DNA of 64,000 nt from Phycisphaerae bacterium (GTDB taxonomy: Bacteria > Planctomycetota > Phycisphaerae > UBA1845 > Fen-1342): the NCBI GenBank assembly GCA_050115495.1, contig JASFQK010000011.1, forward strand, positions 64,001 to 128,000, written 5' to 3'. The notes under the pieces were generated by a model, which saw only the letters and a program-made list of their open reading frames with translations, searched no databases and had not been told where the DNA came from. The position numbers and the translations under genes are program-made. Below, in pieces: positions 27,603 to 38,600 of the stretch (position 1 is the first letter of the stretch; each line of letters opens with the position of its first letter).

Positions 27603-29633
27603 TCACGAAGATGCGGCTCGCGATGCGCAGCGCTGTTGGATGGTTCGAAAGAGCAGGCGACGATCGACGGGTTTGCTGACGTAGTCGTCGCAGCCGGCGG
27701 CCAGGCAGCGGTCACGATCCTCGGCCATGGCGTGGGCCGTGAGGGCGATGATGATGCCGGTGTAGCTACGCTGGCGCAGGAGCGTCGTCGCCGTGTAGCC
27801 GTCCATGACGGGCATCTGCATGTCCATCAGGATCACGTCGAACGGCCGGCCTTGCTCGCCGGCGGCGTCGACTGCCTCGATCGCCAGTTGGCCGTTCTCC
27901 GCCACGCTGACCTCCGCGCCGGCCCGCCGCAGCACAAAGGAGATGAGCCGCTGATTGTCCGGCCCGTCTTCGGCGAGAAGAATGTGCAGATCGTGGAGGT
28001 CGGCCGCGGCCGGCGGTGGCGCGGCGTCGTCGTCCGCCGGGGGTGGTGCGGCGGTCACCGACGGTGTGATCAACGCCACGCCGTTCAGATCGCCGGTGGC
28101 GATCGTGAAGACGAAGCGACTGCCGCCGCCCAATTCGCTGGTGACCACGATTTCGCCGCCGAGCATCCGGACCAGGTGGTGGCTGATGGCCAGGCCCAGG
28201 CCGGTTCCGCCAAACCGCCGCGACATCGTCTCGTCGGCCTGCGTGAACGGTCGGAACACGCGGGCGAGCTGCTCGGGCGTCATGCCGATCCCGGTGTCCT
28301 GTATCGTGAAGCGCAGTTGCGGTTTCTGGTCATCGTTCGCCTGGGCGGCGTGGACCAGTTCCACGGTCAGACTTACGTGGCCACGGTCGGTGAACTTGAT
28401 GGCGTTGCCGAGCAGGTTGATGAGCACTTGGCGCAACCGCGTCGTGTCGGTCTGGATGGACTCCGGGATCACGCCCTCATACCGGACGAGCAGGGCGATG
28501 CCCTTGTGCTCGGCCTGCGGCCGCACCAGCGCGGCCGTTTCCTCGATCATGGCCACCGGCGAGCACGGGTCGATGTCCAGTTGCATCTTCCCTGCCTCAA
28601 CCCGCGAGAGGTCCAGGATCTCGTTGATGATGCGCAGCAGGTGGCTGCCGTTGCGACGGATGGTCTGCACGGCCTCGCGCCGCTCCTCCTCGCTGAGGGA
28701 CGGGTCCAGCAGGTTCTCGGCGAAACCCATGATCGCCGTCATCGGCGTACGTATTTCGTGGCTCATGTTGGCCAGGAAGTCGCTCTTGGCCCGGTTGGCC
28801 TTCAGCAACTCCGCCGTTCGCAGGGCGACGGTACGCTCGATGGAGTCGTACGACTCCTGAACGCGGTCCACCATGCGGTTGAACGAGCGGGCCAGCGCGC
28901 CGATCTCGCCCAGCGCACGCTCGCGGGCCCGCTTGCCACGCTCGCCCGCCGCGATGGCCGCGCTCGTCTCCACGAGGTCCTTCAGCGGCGTCAGCAGTTG
29001 CCGGACGGCCACCATCGTCAGGCCGACGCCGGCGACGATCACCGCCCCGGCAATGAGCAGGCTCGACAGCATTCGCCACGCCAGCTCCGCGCGGACGCCG
29101 GCCAGCCCATACGTCAGGCAGACGTAGCCGATCGGCTGGTCCGGCTGGCTTGACGGCGGTTGCTCGGCATCGAGCAGGCCCAGTTCGATGCGATCCTGCT
29201 GGCGGTGGATCGGCGCCACGACCAGCAGTTGGTTGGCCGTCCGCTCTGTGTGCACCGCTTCGCCCGCGCCGACCTTCGCCTTCACCGCTGCAATGTCGAT
29301 CGCCGCTTCCGATACGAACCTCGGCGAGCGCTGCAACAGAGCCAGTTGGCGACCCTGGTCATCGAGAATGAGCACGCGATCCAGAGCGCCGTCCTGCGCC
29401 GCCGCCTCGGCGACGTTCTCAAGGGCTGCGCGGTCGTCGAGAAGCACCAGCGGCTCGGCGTTGTGACTGATCGCCCGGGCGTGCACCGTTGCGTGCGCGT
29501 TCATCCGACGCAGCGAATCGCGGTAATTCTGCGAGATCAGCACCGTGCTGAGTGTGCCGACCGTCACCGTCAGTAGCAGCGCGCAAAGGCCGACGGCTTG
29601 CCGTTTCAGACCTCCACGGCTGATCGCGAACAT
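27603..29633 (-). CDS. Membrane hybrid sensor histidine kinase (HAMP-HisKA-HATPase-REC)
   Basis: Two TM helices, [34 protein letters not shown] and [11 protein letters not shown]. Confidence 0.96.
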   Translation of the reverse strand: MFAISRGGLKRQAVGLCALLLTVTVGTLSTVLISQNYRDSLRRMNAHATVHARAISHNAEPLVLLDDRAALENVAEAAAQDGALDRVLILDDQGRQLALLQRSPRFVSEAAIDIAAVKAKVGAGEAVHTERTANQLLVVAPIHRQQDRIELGLLDAEQPPSSQPDQPIGYVCLTYGLAGVRAELAWRMLSSLLIAGAVIVAGVGLTMVAVRQLLTPLKDLVETSAAIAAGERGKRARERALGEIGALARSFNRMVDRVQESYDSIERTVALRTAELLKANRAKSDFLANMSHEIRTPMTAIMGFAENLLDPSLSEEERREAVQTIRRNGSHLLRIINEILDLSRVEAGKMQLDIDPCSPVAMIEETAALVRPQAEHKGIALLVRYEGVIPESIQTDTTRLRQVLINLLGNAIKFTDRGHVSLTVELVHAAQANDDQKPQLRFTIQDTGIGMTPEQLARVFRPFTQADETMSRRFGGTGLGLAISHHLVRMLGGEIVVTSELGGGSRFVFTIATGDLNGVALITPSVTAAPPPADDDAAPPPAAADLHDLHILLAEDGPDNQRLISFVLRRAGAEVSVAENGQLAIEAVDAAGEQGRPFDVILMDMQMPVMDGYTATTLLRQRSYTGIIIALTAHAMAEDRDRCLAAGCDDYVSKPVDRRLLFRTIQQRCASRAASS

Positions 29634-29909
29634 GATGTCGGCTCACTCCGAACGGTTGGATGCGAAGGCACGTCAATACCGCGCGGCACCGACGCGACAG
29701 CGTGCGACGGCTGGCGGCCTTACAAGAGCATATCGAACCGATCACGACGCGCGATTACATCACCATCCGGGCGCCGAGCCGCCATCACGACAACAGCACT
29801 CTTCTCATCTGCCGGGGGCGGCCGATAAGGTTGTCTGACGTACGTCGGTGACGTCGGTGTCCGGCCGGAAGCGGTCCGCGACGCCGATCGACGCGGCGGC
29901 TCGCAAGTA

Positions 29910-30911
29910 ATGTCCATCGTGAACGCCGATATTCGCGATTCCGCTCGTCGCCAATGGGCTCGCACTGCGCTCGTGGCCGGCGTTTGCTGCGCCCTCGCCG
30001 TCCCCGGCGCTCCGCAGGACACACAGTCTGCCCGCCAACGCGTTGCCGTCGTCTACGGCGAGAAGAGCCCGTATCAGTCGGCGGCGGACAGCCTGCTTAC
30101 CACACTGCGCGCCGCCGGCGTCGAGTGCCTCGCCGTCGAACTGACCGGCGGCGACCCCGATGCACGCACTCGGGCGCTGGCCACCGTGCGCGATTTTCGA
30201 CCCGACGTGTTGGCCACTGGCGGCCCCACGGCGACGTCCGTGGTGCTGTCCGAAATCCAGACCATTCCCGTCGTATTCTTCATGGTGCCCAACGCGCAGG
30301 ATGCGCCCTTCCTCGCGCCGGACTTCGCCGACCGCGCGCGCGTGACCGGCGTATCCAGCGACGTCGACCCCGCCACGCAAGTGGAGTGGCTGGCCGCCAC
30401 GTCCCCCGATTCTCATCGCATCGCCGTTCTGTGCAGCAGCCGGTCGCAGAAGACCGTCGAGGCTCTCCGCGAAGCCGCCCGCCAGCGAAACCTCACGGTC
30501 CAGCCGCTGCCTGCTTCGCGCGACGCATTCCCCCGTGCCATCGACGAACTGCATGAGAGCGGTTGCGATGGCGTGCTCATGATCCCCGATGCCGACGTCT
30601 ACGACTCGCCCAGTGTGCAGCGGCTCCTGTTGTGGGGTGCCCGGCAGCGGAAGCCGGTCTGGACCTTCTCGGAAAACGTCGTCAAAGCTGGGGCATTCGC
30701 CGGCCTGGCGGCCCGCAGTGACGCCGTCGGCCGCGAGGCCGCGCAACTCGTTCGCGACGTGCTGTCCGGCAAGACGCCGGTCAGCCTCGGCCTGCGCTAT
30801 CCGCAGAGTGTCGACAAGGTCGTCAACGTGCATACGGCGGAGATGATCGGCGTGCGGTTGAGCGACCGCTTGCTCCGCAGCGGTGTCAGGAAAGTGGGAG
30901 GACGGCCATGA
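29910..30911 (+). CDS. Periplasmic ABC-type substrate-binding-fold protein
   Basis: Signal-like N-terminus; IPVVF, VTGV, VKAGA and VNVHTAEMIG pattern of the ABC_sub_bind family. Confidence 0.8.
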   Translation: MSIVNADIRDSARRQWARTALVAGVCCALAVPGAPQDTQSARQRVAVVYGEKSPYQSAADSLLTTLRAAGVECLAVELTGGDPDARTRALATVRDFRPDVLATGGPTATSVVLSEIQTIPVVFFMVPNAQDAPFLAPDFADRARVTGVSSDVDPATQVEWLAATSPDSHRIAVLCSSRSQKTVEALREAARQRNLTVQPLPASRDAFPRAIDELHESGCDGVLMIPDADVYDSPSVQRLLLWGARQRKPVWTFSENVVKAGAFAGLAARSDAVGREAAQLVRDVLSGKTPVSLGLRYPQSVDKVVNVHTAEMIGVRLSDRLLRSGVRKVGGRP

Positions 30912-31038
30912 TGCCGCCAGCCGCCGGACGGCAGACGTTTGTCGCCGGCCGTGTGCCGAACCTTCGGGCCACGGGCGCGTCTTGTTCCCCGGTCAGGCGG
31001 AGGTCTCTTACGAGTTCTGCCAGTCGAATTGGTGACGC

Positions 31039-33063
31039 ATGATCCGCTTACCCATGACAATCCGTCTGGGAGGGGTCTTGCTGGTCGGCACGCTGGTGTT
31101 CGCCGAGGCGCAGACCCTGGCCCAATCGCCACCGGCCACGCAGCCGGTTCCCGCCCGCCAGCCGGCGTCCGCTGATCTGTCCGGCCTCGAGGACATCGAC
31201 CTGCTGGACCTGGAGGTTCCGGTCGTGGTTACGGCCGGCCGCCGACGGCAGGAGATTCACACGGTGACCTACGCGGCGAGCGTGATTACCGCCGAGGACA
31301 TTCGTCGCGCCGGCGCCCACACCGTCGCGGACGCGCTGCGCCTGGTGCCGGGGGTTGACGTAGCGGCACTTTCGGCCACGGTGCCCGCCGTATCGGCCCG
31401 CGGCTTCCACGGGTTCTACAACAGTCGCACACTCGTGCTGGTCGACGGCCGGCAGCTCTACGACTCGCTGTTTGGCGGCACGTCCTGGCACGCCTGGCCG
31501 TTTCAGATCGCCGACATCGCCCGCATCGAGGTTATTCGCGGGCCGGGCGGCGTAGGCTGGGGAGGCAACACGCTCAACGGCGTGATCAACATCGTCACGA
31601 AGGACCCCGCCGAACAGACGGGACTGACCTTCGAGGCCCTCGGCGGTTCACGCGGCACGCACAAGACGCACCTCGGCTACGGCATCCAGGAGGGCAAGCT
31701 CCGCCTTCGCGTCTCGGGGGAGTACGCCGCCAACGACGGCTTTGTCGACGGCGGTTCGCCGCTGTACCCGCTGAAAGACAGCTATCGCGTCGGCAACGTC
31801 GGCGTCCACGGCGTGTACGCGGCCAGTGCCGACGATACGTTCACGTTCTCCGGCGGCAGCGGTCTGGTCGGCGAGTGGGCGCCGCCCGGGGTGGTCAACT
31901 ACGTTGGCGTGCAACGTTCGGACGCCCAGGCCAACTACCTCATGGGCAAGTGGGAGCACCGGCGAGGGGCGGGCGACTACGTCGAGCTCATCGGCTTTGT
32001 CAACGACTACCACGGTCACGGCGCGTCGCCCTGGCTCGACTTCCGCTTCCAGCAACTGGCCCTGCAACTCAGCCACACGCTCGAGCCGGCGAAAAACCAC
32101 ACGCTGACCTGGGGCGTGGACACGCGGGCCGACCTGCTGGACGCTGGCGGAGCTGATCCCTACCTCATGTCCAAGAGCTTCGTGGGCACAGGCCTGATCG
32201 GGCTGTACGTGCAGGACACGTGGCGCTTCGCGCCGAAATGGGCGCTCGACCTGGGCGCCCGGCTCGATTACGAGTTCTACAGCGGTTTCCAGCCGAGTGG
32301 CCGGGCGGCCTTGTCCTACGAACTGAGTAAGAACTCGCTCGTCTGGATCGCCGCCTCGCGTGCCTTCCAGATGCCTCCGGCCGCCGCCCGTTTCCTGAGT
32401 GTGCCGGCGGTCACGCCGCTCGTTCGGCTCAAGGCCAACCAGGACATGGCCAGCACGAACATGCTCGCCTACGAATTGGGGTATCGCGGCCGCTTCTTCG
32501 ACCGGCTCGAAACCAACGTCAACCTCTACTGGCACCAGTATGGCAATCTCGGCCAGTTCAGCCCCGGGCTCGGCCCGCCCGGGTTGATCTGCGTGGTGAG
32601 CGACAACGATGTGCCGGCGACCACGTACGGGCTCGAGTTTGACGCCCGTTATCGCGCCACCGACCGGCTGACGCTCCTGGGCCACTACACGCTCGAATTG
32701 CTCGACTGGCGCTCGTCGTGGGACTACACGATGGGCTCCGACCTGATCTGGCCGCCCAAGCACAAGTTCATGTTGGGCAGCAACTACGCGCTGACCGACG
32801 ACCTCTCGCTCTCCGCGTATCTCCACTACGTGGACGCGGTCACTGCGGCGAACTCGACTTTTCCCCTGGCGGCCCGCCACCTCAGCCCGTATTTCCGCCT
32901 CGACCTGCGCGGCGAGTACGAGTTCTGGGACGACCGCGCCGCGATCGCCGTCGGCGTGCACAACCTGCTGGACAACGGACACGCCGAGGCTGGCAGTATG
33001 TTCCTGAACAGCGCCGAGGTCCCCCGCATCATCTACGCCGAATTCCGCCTGCGCGTGAAGTGA
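31039..33063 (+). CDS. TonB-dependent receptor
   Basis: Plug motifs ITAEDIRR..DALRLVPG, LVLVDGR and IARIEVIRGPG..GVINIVT; beta-barrel C-terminus. Confidence 0.93.
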   Translation: MIRLPMTIRLGGVLLVGTLVFAEAQTLAQSPPATQPVPARQPASADLSGLEDIDLLDLEVPVVVTAGRRRQEIHTVTYAASVITAEDIRRAGAHTVADALRLVPGVDVAALSATVPAVSARGFHGFYNSRTLVLVDGRQLYDSLFGGTSWHAWPFQIADIARIEVIRGPGGVGWGGNTLNGVINIVTKDPAEQTGLTFEALGGSRGTHKTHLGYGIQEGKLRLRVSGEYAANDGFVDGGSPLYPLKDSYRVGNVGVHGVYAASADDTFTFSGGSGLVGEWAPPGVVNYVGVQRSDAQANYLMGKWEHRRGAGDYVELIGFVNDYHGHGASPWLDFRFQQLALQLSHTLEPAKNHTLTWGVDTRADLLDAGGADPYLMSKSFVGTGLIGLYVQDTWRFAPKWALDLGARLDYEFYSGFQPSGRAALSYELSKNSLVWIAASRAFQMPPAAARFLSVPAVTPLVRLKANQDMASTNMLAYELGYRGRFFDRLETNVNLYWHQYGNLGQFSPGLGPPGLICVVSDNDVPATTYGLEFDARYRATDRLTLLGHYTLELLDWRSSWDYTMGSDLIWPPKHKFMLGSNYALTDDLSLSAYLHYVDAVTAANSTFPLAARHLSPYFRLDLRGEYEFWDDRAAIAVGVHNLLDNGHAEAGSMFLNSAEVPRIIYAEFRLRVK

Positions 33064-33114
33064 CGTTCTGGGTGAGCCGTCAGCCGTCAGCAACGAGCCT
33101 TGAGCCGTGAGCCC

Positions 33115-33212
33115 TGAGCCGGAGTGCGGCATGCTGAAGCCTTAGGCGCCGGCATGTCTTTTCCACGTGCCAGGGTTCACATGCCGGCGCTGCGCTTCGG
33201 CATGCCACACAC
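33115..33212. repeat. Dispersed 98-bp nested palindromic element, copy 2
   Basis: Same arms as 2562-2659; preceded by GAGCCGT-like heptamers (33073-33120). Confidence 0.88.
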
Positions 33213-33270
33213 CGTAGCGTCAGCCCCCCGTGGCCGACGTCGATTGCCGACAGATGCCCGACCTCGCGCC

Positions 33271-33298
33271 TTCTGACTCCTGACTTCTGGCTTCTGTC
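33271..33298. repeat. Heptamer array (TTCTGAC)x4, degenerate
   Basis: ttctgac tcctgac ttctggc ttctgtc. Confidence 0.7.
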
Positions 33299-33374
33299 TC
33301 CCCCTTTTCCGAAACGCACTGCTCAAGAGCAGTGGCACACCGGCAGCGTCTTCGACGAACCTCGCTTCAGACCG

Positions 33375-33791
33375 TTATGACGCGGCGTCTGCTTTGCCCA
33401 GCAGCTCGGCCACCTTCGCCACCAGGGCTTTCGGCGGAATCGGCTTGTCGAAATACGCATCCACGCCCATCGCCTTCAGGTCTTCCGGCCGGCGAGGGTG
33501 GAAATCGAGCCCGCACTGGCTCGAGACGGCGGTGACGATGATGATCGGCAGGCTGGCCAGGGCCGGTTCCTCGCGAACTCGCCGCGATAGCGAGAACCCC
33601 GAATCGAGATTGCTCATCATCAGGTCGGTGATCAGCAGGGCAGGGGGCTGGCGGTGGATGCGCTCCCAGGCTTCCTCCGGATCGGTGCAGCATTCCACGC
33701 GATAGCCCTGCGGCTCGAGGATGTGCCGGTTGATCTCGAGGAAGTCGATGTCGTCGTCGACGAGCAGGATCAGAGGGGCTTCTGCGGACAT
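33375..33791 (-). CDS. Single-domain response regulator
   Basis: ILLVDDD, ITDLMM, IVTA and DKP motifs. Confidence 0.92.
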   Translation of the reverse strand: MSAEAPLILLVDDDIDFLEINRHILEPQGYRVECCTDPEEAWERIHRQPPALLITDLMMSNLDSGFSLSRRVREEPALASLPIIIVTAVSSQCGLDFHPRRPEDLKAMGVDAYFDKPIPPKALVAKVAELLGKADAAS

Positions 33792-33888
33792 CCCTGGAGT
33801 CTCCTTCCGCCGGCGGCCGCAGCCGACGGGGCGCCGCCGCATGAGGGCGACGGCGACCCGCGGCCGGCCGGCCAACTCCTGACCGAGG

Positions 33889-35661
33889 TTAGACCCGATT
33901 GCGGGCCGAGTACTTCGTGTGCAGGAGGTGATGCGACCGCTCGCCGAGCGGCTTGCCGAGATACTTCTCGTAGATCTCCTTGATCGCCGGGTTATCGTGC
34001 GACTTGCGCAGCTCCTTACCCTCATCCTCGCGGTAGATGGCGTCGATGCGCGCCTGGCGCACGCTGTTGTCGGTCATGCGCGGCTGTCCGCCGCCACCGA
34101 TGCAGCCGCCCGGGCAGGTCATGATCTCGACGAAGTGATACTCCGCCTCGCCCTTGCGGATGCGCTCGATGACCTTGCGGGCGTTGCCCAGCCCGTGGGC
34201 CACCGCGACCTTCAGCGTCACACCTTCGAGGAACTTCCACTCCGGCAGAGCACCGGTGATCTTGGCCGAAGCCTCCTTCACGCCTTCGAGGCTCTCGATC
34301 GGCGCGACGTGCAGGTTCTCAAACGGCAGCGGCTTGCCAGTGACGATTTCCCAGGCCGTACGCAGGGCCGCTTCCATCACGCCGCCGGTGTTGGCGAAGA
34401 TGTCCGCCGCACCGGAGGACAAGCCGAGCGGGGCGTCCATCTCTTCGTCCGGCAGCGCCGGGAAATTGATCCCGGCCTGCTTGATCATGCGGCCGAGCTC
34501 CCGCGTGGTCAGCACGGCGTCGACGTCGCGCACGCCGCTGTCGTTCATCTCCGGCCGCTCGCACTCGTACTTCTTCGCCGTGCACGGCATCACCGACACG
34601 ACGAAGATGTCCTCGGGCTTCTTGCCGATCTGCTCGGCGTAGTACGTCTTGGCCACCGCTCCGAACATCTGCTGCGGCGACTTGCACGTCGACACGTTGT
34701 CCAGCATGTCCGGGTAGAAGTGCTCGATGTACTTGATCCAGCCCGGCGAGCAGCTCGTGAACTGCGGCAGGGCGACCGGCTTCTTGTCGACCAGGGCCTG
34801 CTTGAGCCGCATGAGCAGCTCCGTGCCCTCTTCCATGATGGTCAGGTCGGCGGTGAAGTTCGTGTCGAACACGCCGTCGAACCCGAGCCGCCGCAGCGCG
34901 GCCGTCATCTTCCCGGTCACCAGCGTGCCCGGCGGATAGGCGAAGCACTCGCCCAGCGCCGCCCGGATGGCCGGCGCCGTCTGCACGACCACGTGCTTGT
35001 TCGGGTCGTCCAGCGCGTCCCAGACGGTGCGGATATCGTCCTTCTCGCTGATGGCTCCGACGGGGCACACCGCGGCGCACTGCCCGCACTGCACGCAGAC
35101 GACGTCGCTCAGGTCCTGGCAGAACGCCGGTCCGATGACCGTGTCAAAGCCGCGGTTCTGCGCGAAGATCGCGCCGACGCCCTGCACCTCGCCGCAGACG
35201 GTCACGCACCGCCGGCAGAAGATGCACTTGCCGGCGTCGCGCGTCAGCCCGGCGGTGCTGAAGTCCAGCATCCGCTTGTTGCGCTCACCTTCATACGGGA
35301 TGTCCTGGATGCCCAGTTCCCGAGCTACCGCCTGCAACTCGCAGTCTTCGCTGCGGGCGCAGGTCTGGCAGTCGCCGTTGTGCTCGGACAGCAGCAGCTC
35401 GACGACCGTCCGCCGGGCTTCGCGCACGCGGCGGCTGTTCGTCTTGACTTTCATGCCCTCAGTCGCCGGCGCGGTGCACGAGGCCACGAGCGAGCGGGCC
35501 CCTTCGACCTCCACCGTGCACACGCGGCAGGCACCGATGGCCTGCACGTCTTTCAGGTAGCACAGCGTGGGAATGTGCACCCCGGCCTGCTGGGCGGCCT
35601 GGAGGACCGTCGCCCCTTGGGGCACCTCCACGGGTACGTTGTCAATCGTCAGTTTCGGCAT
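33889..35661 (-). CDS. hydA: [FeFe]-hydrogenase group A catalytic subunit (cluster 2)
   Basis: H-cluster motifs TSCSPGW, MPCTAKKYE and EIMTCPGGCIGGGGQP; N-terminal 2Fe-2S, His-ligated 4Fe-4S and 2x4Fe-4S. Confidence 0.97.
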   Translation of the reverse strand: MPKLTIDNVPVEVPQGATVLQAAQQAGVHIPTLCYLKDVQAIGACRVCTVEVEGARSLVASCTAPATEGMKVKTNSRRVREARRTVVELLLSEHNGDCQTCARSEDCELQAVARELGIQDIPYEGERNKRMLDFSTAGLTRDAGKCIFCRRCVTVCGEVQGVGAIFAQNRGFDTVIGPAFCQDLSDVVCVQCGQCAAVCPVGAISEKDDIRTVWDALDDPNKHVVVQTAPAIRAALGECFAYPPGTLVTGKMTAALRRLGFDGVFDTNFTADLTIMEEGTELLMRLKQALVDKKPVALPQFTSCSPGWIKYIEHFYPDMLDNVSTCKSPQQMFGAVAKTYYAEQIGKKPEDIFVVSVMPCTAKKYECERPEMNDSGVRDVDAVLTTRELGRMIKQAGINFPALPDEEMDAPLGLSSGAADIFANTGGVMEAALRTAWEIVTGKPLPFENLHVAPIESLEGVKEASAKITGALPEWKFLEGVTLKVAVAHGLGNARKVIERIRKGEAEYHFVEIMTCPGGCIGGGGQPRMTDNSVRQARIDAIYREDEGKELRKSHDNPAIKEIYEKYLGKPLGERSHHLLHTKYSARNRV

Positions 35662-35683
35662 GGATTACGCTCTCCTTTCCAGG

Positions 35684-38600
35684 TTAGTCCTGGTGGCAGT
35701 CGTGGCCGAAGTCGCAGCGCAGACAGCGATGCGCCTCGCGCACCGCCACCGTCTCCGCCCACGGCAGCTCGACTTCCTGGAAGTTGTTCTTTCGCTTATT
35801 CACGGGGATCGTCCGCATCTTCGCCCGGGCGTACTCGACCGGCTCGGCGTCCGGATCGAAGGTCGTGTCCGCGGGCTTCGTTTCACGCCAGAAGGCGTGC
35901 TCGGCACCGGTCAGGGTCTTGTCGATCGACACCGCCGCCTTCTCGCCGGCACCGATCGCCGCCACCACCGACCACGGTCCCATGACCGCGTCGCCGCCGG
36001 CGTAGATCCAGTCCACGGACGTCTTGCAGGTAACCGGGTCGGCCTGGATGAAGCCGCCCGCGTTCATCGCCAGCTTCGTGCCGTCCAGCATCTCGCCCGT
36101 GTCGAGCTTCTGCCCGATCGCCGCGATGACCTGGTCGGCCTCGACGACGAAGTCCTCTTCGCTGCTGCCCACCGGACGCCGGCGGCCGCTGCGGTCGAAC
36201 TCGCCCAGGACCATGTGCCGGCACTTCACGCCCGTCACGCGGCCCTTCTTGCCGACCAGCTCCAGCGGAGCCACCAGCACGGCGATGCGCACGCCCTCGT
36301 GCTCGGCCTCGTCCACCTCTTCGGCGTAGGCGGGCATTTCCGCACGCGTCCGCCGGTACAGGATCGTGACCGATTCGGCGCCGAGCCGCTGGGCGGTGCG
36401 GGCGGCGTCGATGGCCGCGTTGCCGCCGCCGATCACCACCACGTTCTTGCCGACGGGGACGCTACCGCGGATGTTGTATTGCCGCAGGAAGGCCAGGGCG
36501 TCGACGACGCCTTCCTGGTCTTCACCGGTAATGCCCAACTGCGTGCCGCGCGGGGCGCCGACGGCGACGTATACCGCCTCGTAGCCCTCATCGCGCAGAC
36601 TCTGGAGCGTGAAGTCGCGGCCGAGCCGCATGTTCGTCTCGATATCGACGCCCAGCCGCTCGATCATACGAATCTCGCGGGCGAGCTCTTCACGCGGCAG
36701 CCGGTACGCCGGAATGGCCTGCACCAGCATGCCACCCGGTCGCGGTTCGGCTTCGAGCACCTTCGGCCGATAGCCGAGTCGCGCCAGGAAGTACGCACAG
36801 GACAGGCCGGCCGGACCGGCTCCGATCACCGCAATCTTGCGGCCGGCGTTCTTCTCGCTCTCGCGCACCTCGGGCAACTGCACCGTGACTTCCTGCTCGG
36901 CCATGAAGCGCTTCAGGGCGCGGATGGCCACCGCCTCGTCCAGCGAGCCGCGGCGGCACTTGTCCTCGCACGTGTGGAAGCACACGCGGGCACAGACCGA
37001 CGCGAACGGGTTGCGGTTGCGGTGCAGGGACAGGGCCTCGGCGTAGCGCTTCTCGCCGATGAGCGAGACGAACCCGGGCACATCCACACTGGCCGGGCAG
37101 GCGCTCTGGCAGGGGGCCCGCGTCAGGGCCGCGCAGACGCCGGCAGGGCAGTGCTTGTCGCGGATGTGCGCTTCGTACTCGTCGCGGAAGTAGCGGATCG
37201 TCGAGAGCACCGGGTTGGGGGCCGTCTGGCCCAGACCGCAGAGCGAGGCGTCCTTGATGACGTTGCCCAGCTCGATCAGCCTCTCGATGTCGCCTTCCTC
37301 GCCGTGCCCCTCGCAGATGCGGGTCACGATCTCCAGCATGCGCTTGGTGCCGACGCGGCACGGCGGGCACTTGCCGCACGATTCGTCCTGGACGAAATCC
37401 AGGAAGAAGCGGGCCACGTCCACCATGCACGTGTCCTCGTCCATCACGATCAGGCCGCCCGAGCCCATGATCGCGCCGAGCTCGTTCAGCGACTCGTAAT
37501 CGACCGGGACGTTCAGATGCTCTTTCGGGATGCAGCCGCCCGAAGGACCGCCCATCTGGGCCGCCTTGAAGCGCTTGCCGCCCGGGATGCCGCCGCCGAT
37601 ATCGTAGATGATCTCGCCCAGCGGCATGCCGATGGGCACCTCGACTAGGCCCGTGTTGTTCACGGCGCCGGCGAGGGCGAAGACCTTCGTGCCGCGGCTC
37701 TTCTCGGTGCCGTACGAGGCGAACCAGTCGGCGCCCTTCTGAATGATCGGGGCGACGTTGGCGAACGTCTCGACGTTGTTCAGGCAGCTCGGCTTGCCCC
37801 ACAGACCCTGCTGGGCCGGGAAGGGCGGTCGCGGACGCGGTTCGCCGCGGTTGCCCTCGATCGACGTCATCAGCGCGGTTTCTTCGCCGCAGACGAACGC
37901 CCCGGAGCCCATGCGGACCTCGATGTCGAAGTCGAAGCCGCGGCTCATGATGTTCTTGCCCAGCAGCCCGTACTCGCGGGCCTGCTCGAGTGCTTTCTTG
38001 AAGCGCTCCACGGCCAGCGGGTACTCGGCCCGGATGTACGCGTAACCCTGGCTCGCGCCGATGGCGTAGCCGGCGATGGCCATGCCCTCGATCACGCTGT
38101 GCGGGTCGCCTTCGAGGACGCTGCGGTCCATGAAGGCCCCGGGGTCACCTTCGTCACCGTTGCACAGGATGTACTTCACGTCACCCGGCGACTTCCGCGT
38201 AAACTCCCACTTCAGGCCCGTCAGGAAGCCGGCCCCGCCGCGGCCGCGCAGACCGGACTTCTTCATCTCGGCGATGACCTGCTCCGGCGTCATGTCCGCC
38301 AGCGCCTTGCCCAGCGCCTGGTAGCCGTCGCGGGCGATGTATTCTTCGATCTTCAGCGGGTCGATCACGCCGCAGTTACGCAGTACGATCTTCACCTGCT
38401 TCTGGAAGAAGCCGATCTCGTGCAGCCCGGGCACCGTCTGGCCGGCGATCGTCTTGTGCACCAGCCGCTCGACCACGCGGCCCTTCAGCAGGTGTTCTTC
38501 GACGATCTCCGCCGCGTCGTCCGGACGCAGCCCCTGGTAGAACACGCCGTCGGGATAGACGACGGCCACCGGCCCCGCGGCACATGGCCCCAGGCAGCCG

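Noticed and set aside
26679..33300. Genomic island integrated at tRNA-Tyr
   Set aside because: No integrase, no duplicated tRNA 3-prime end and no obvious compositional shift seen
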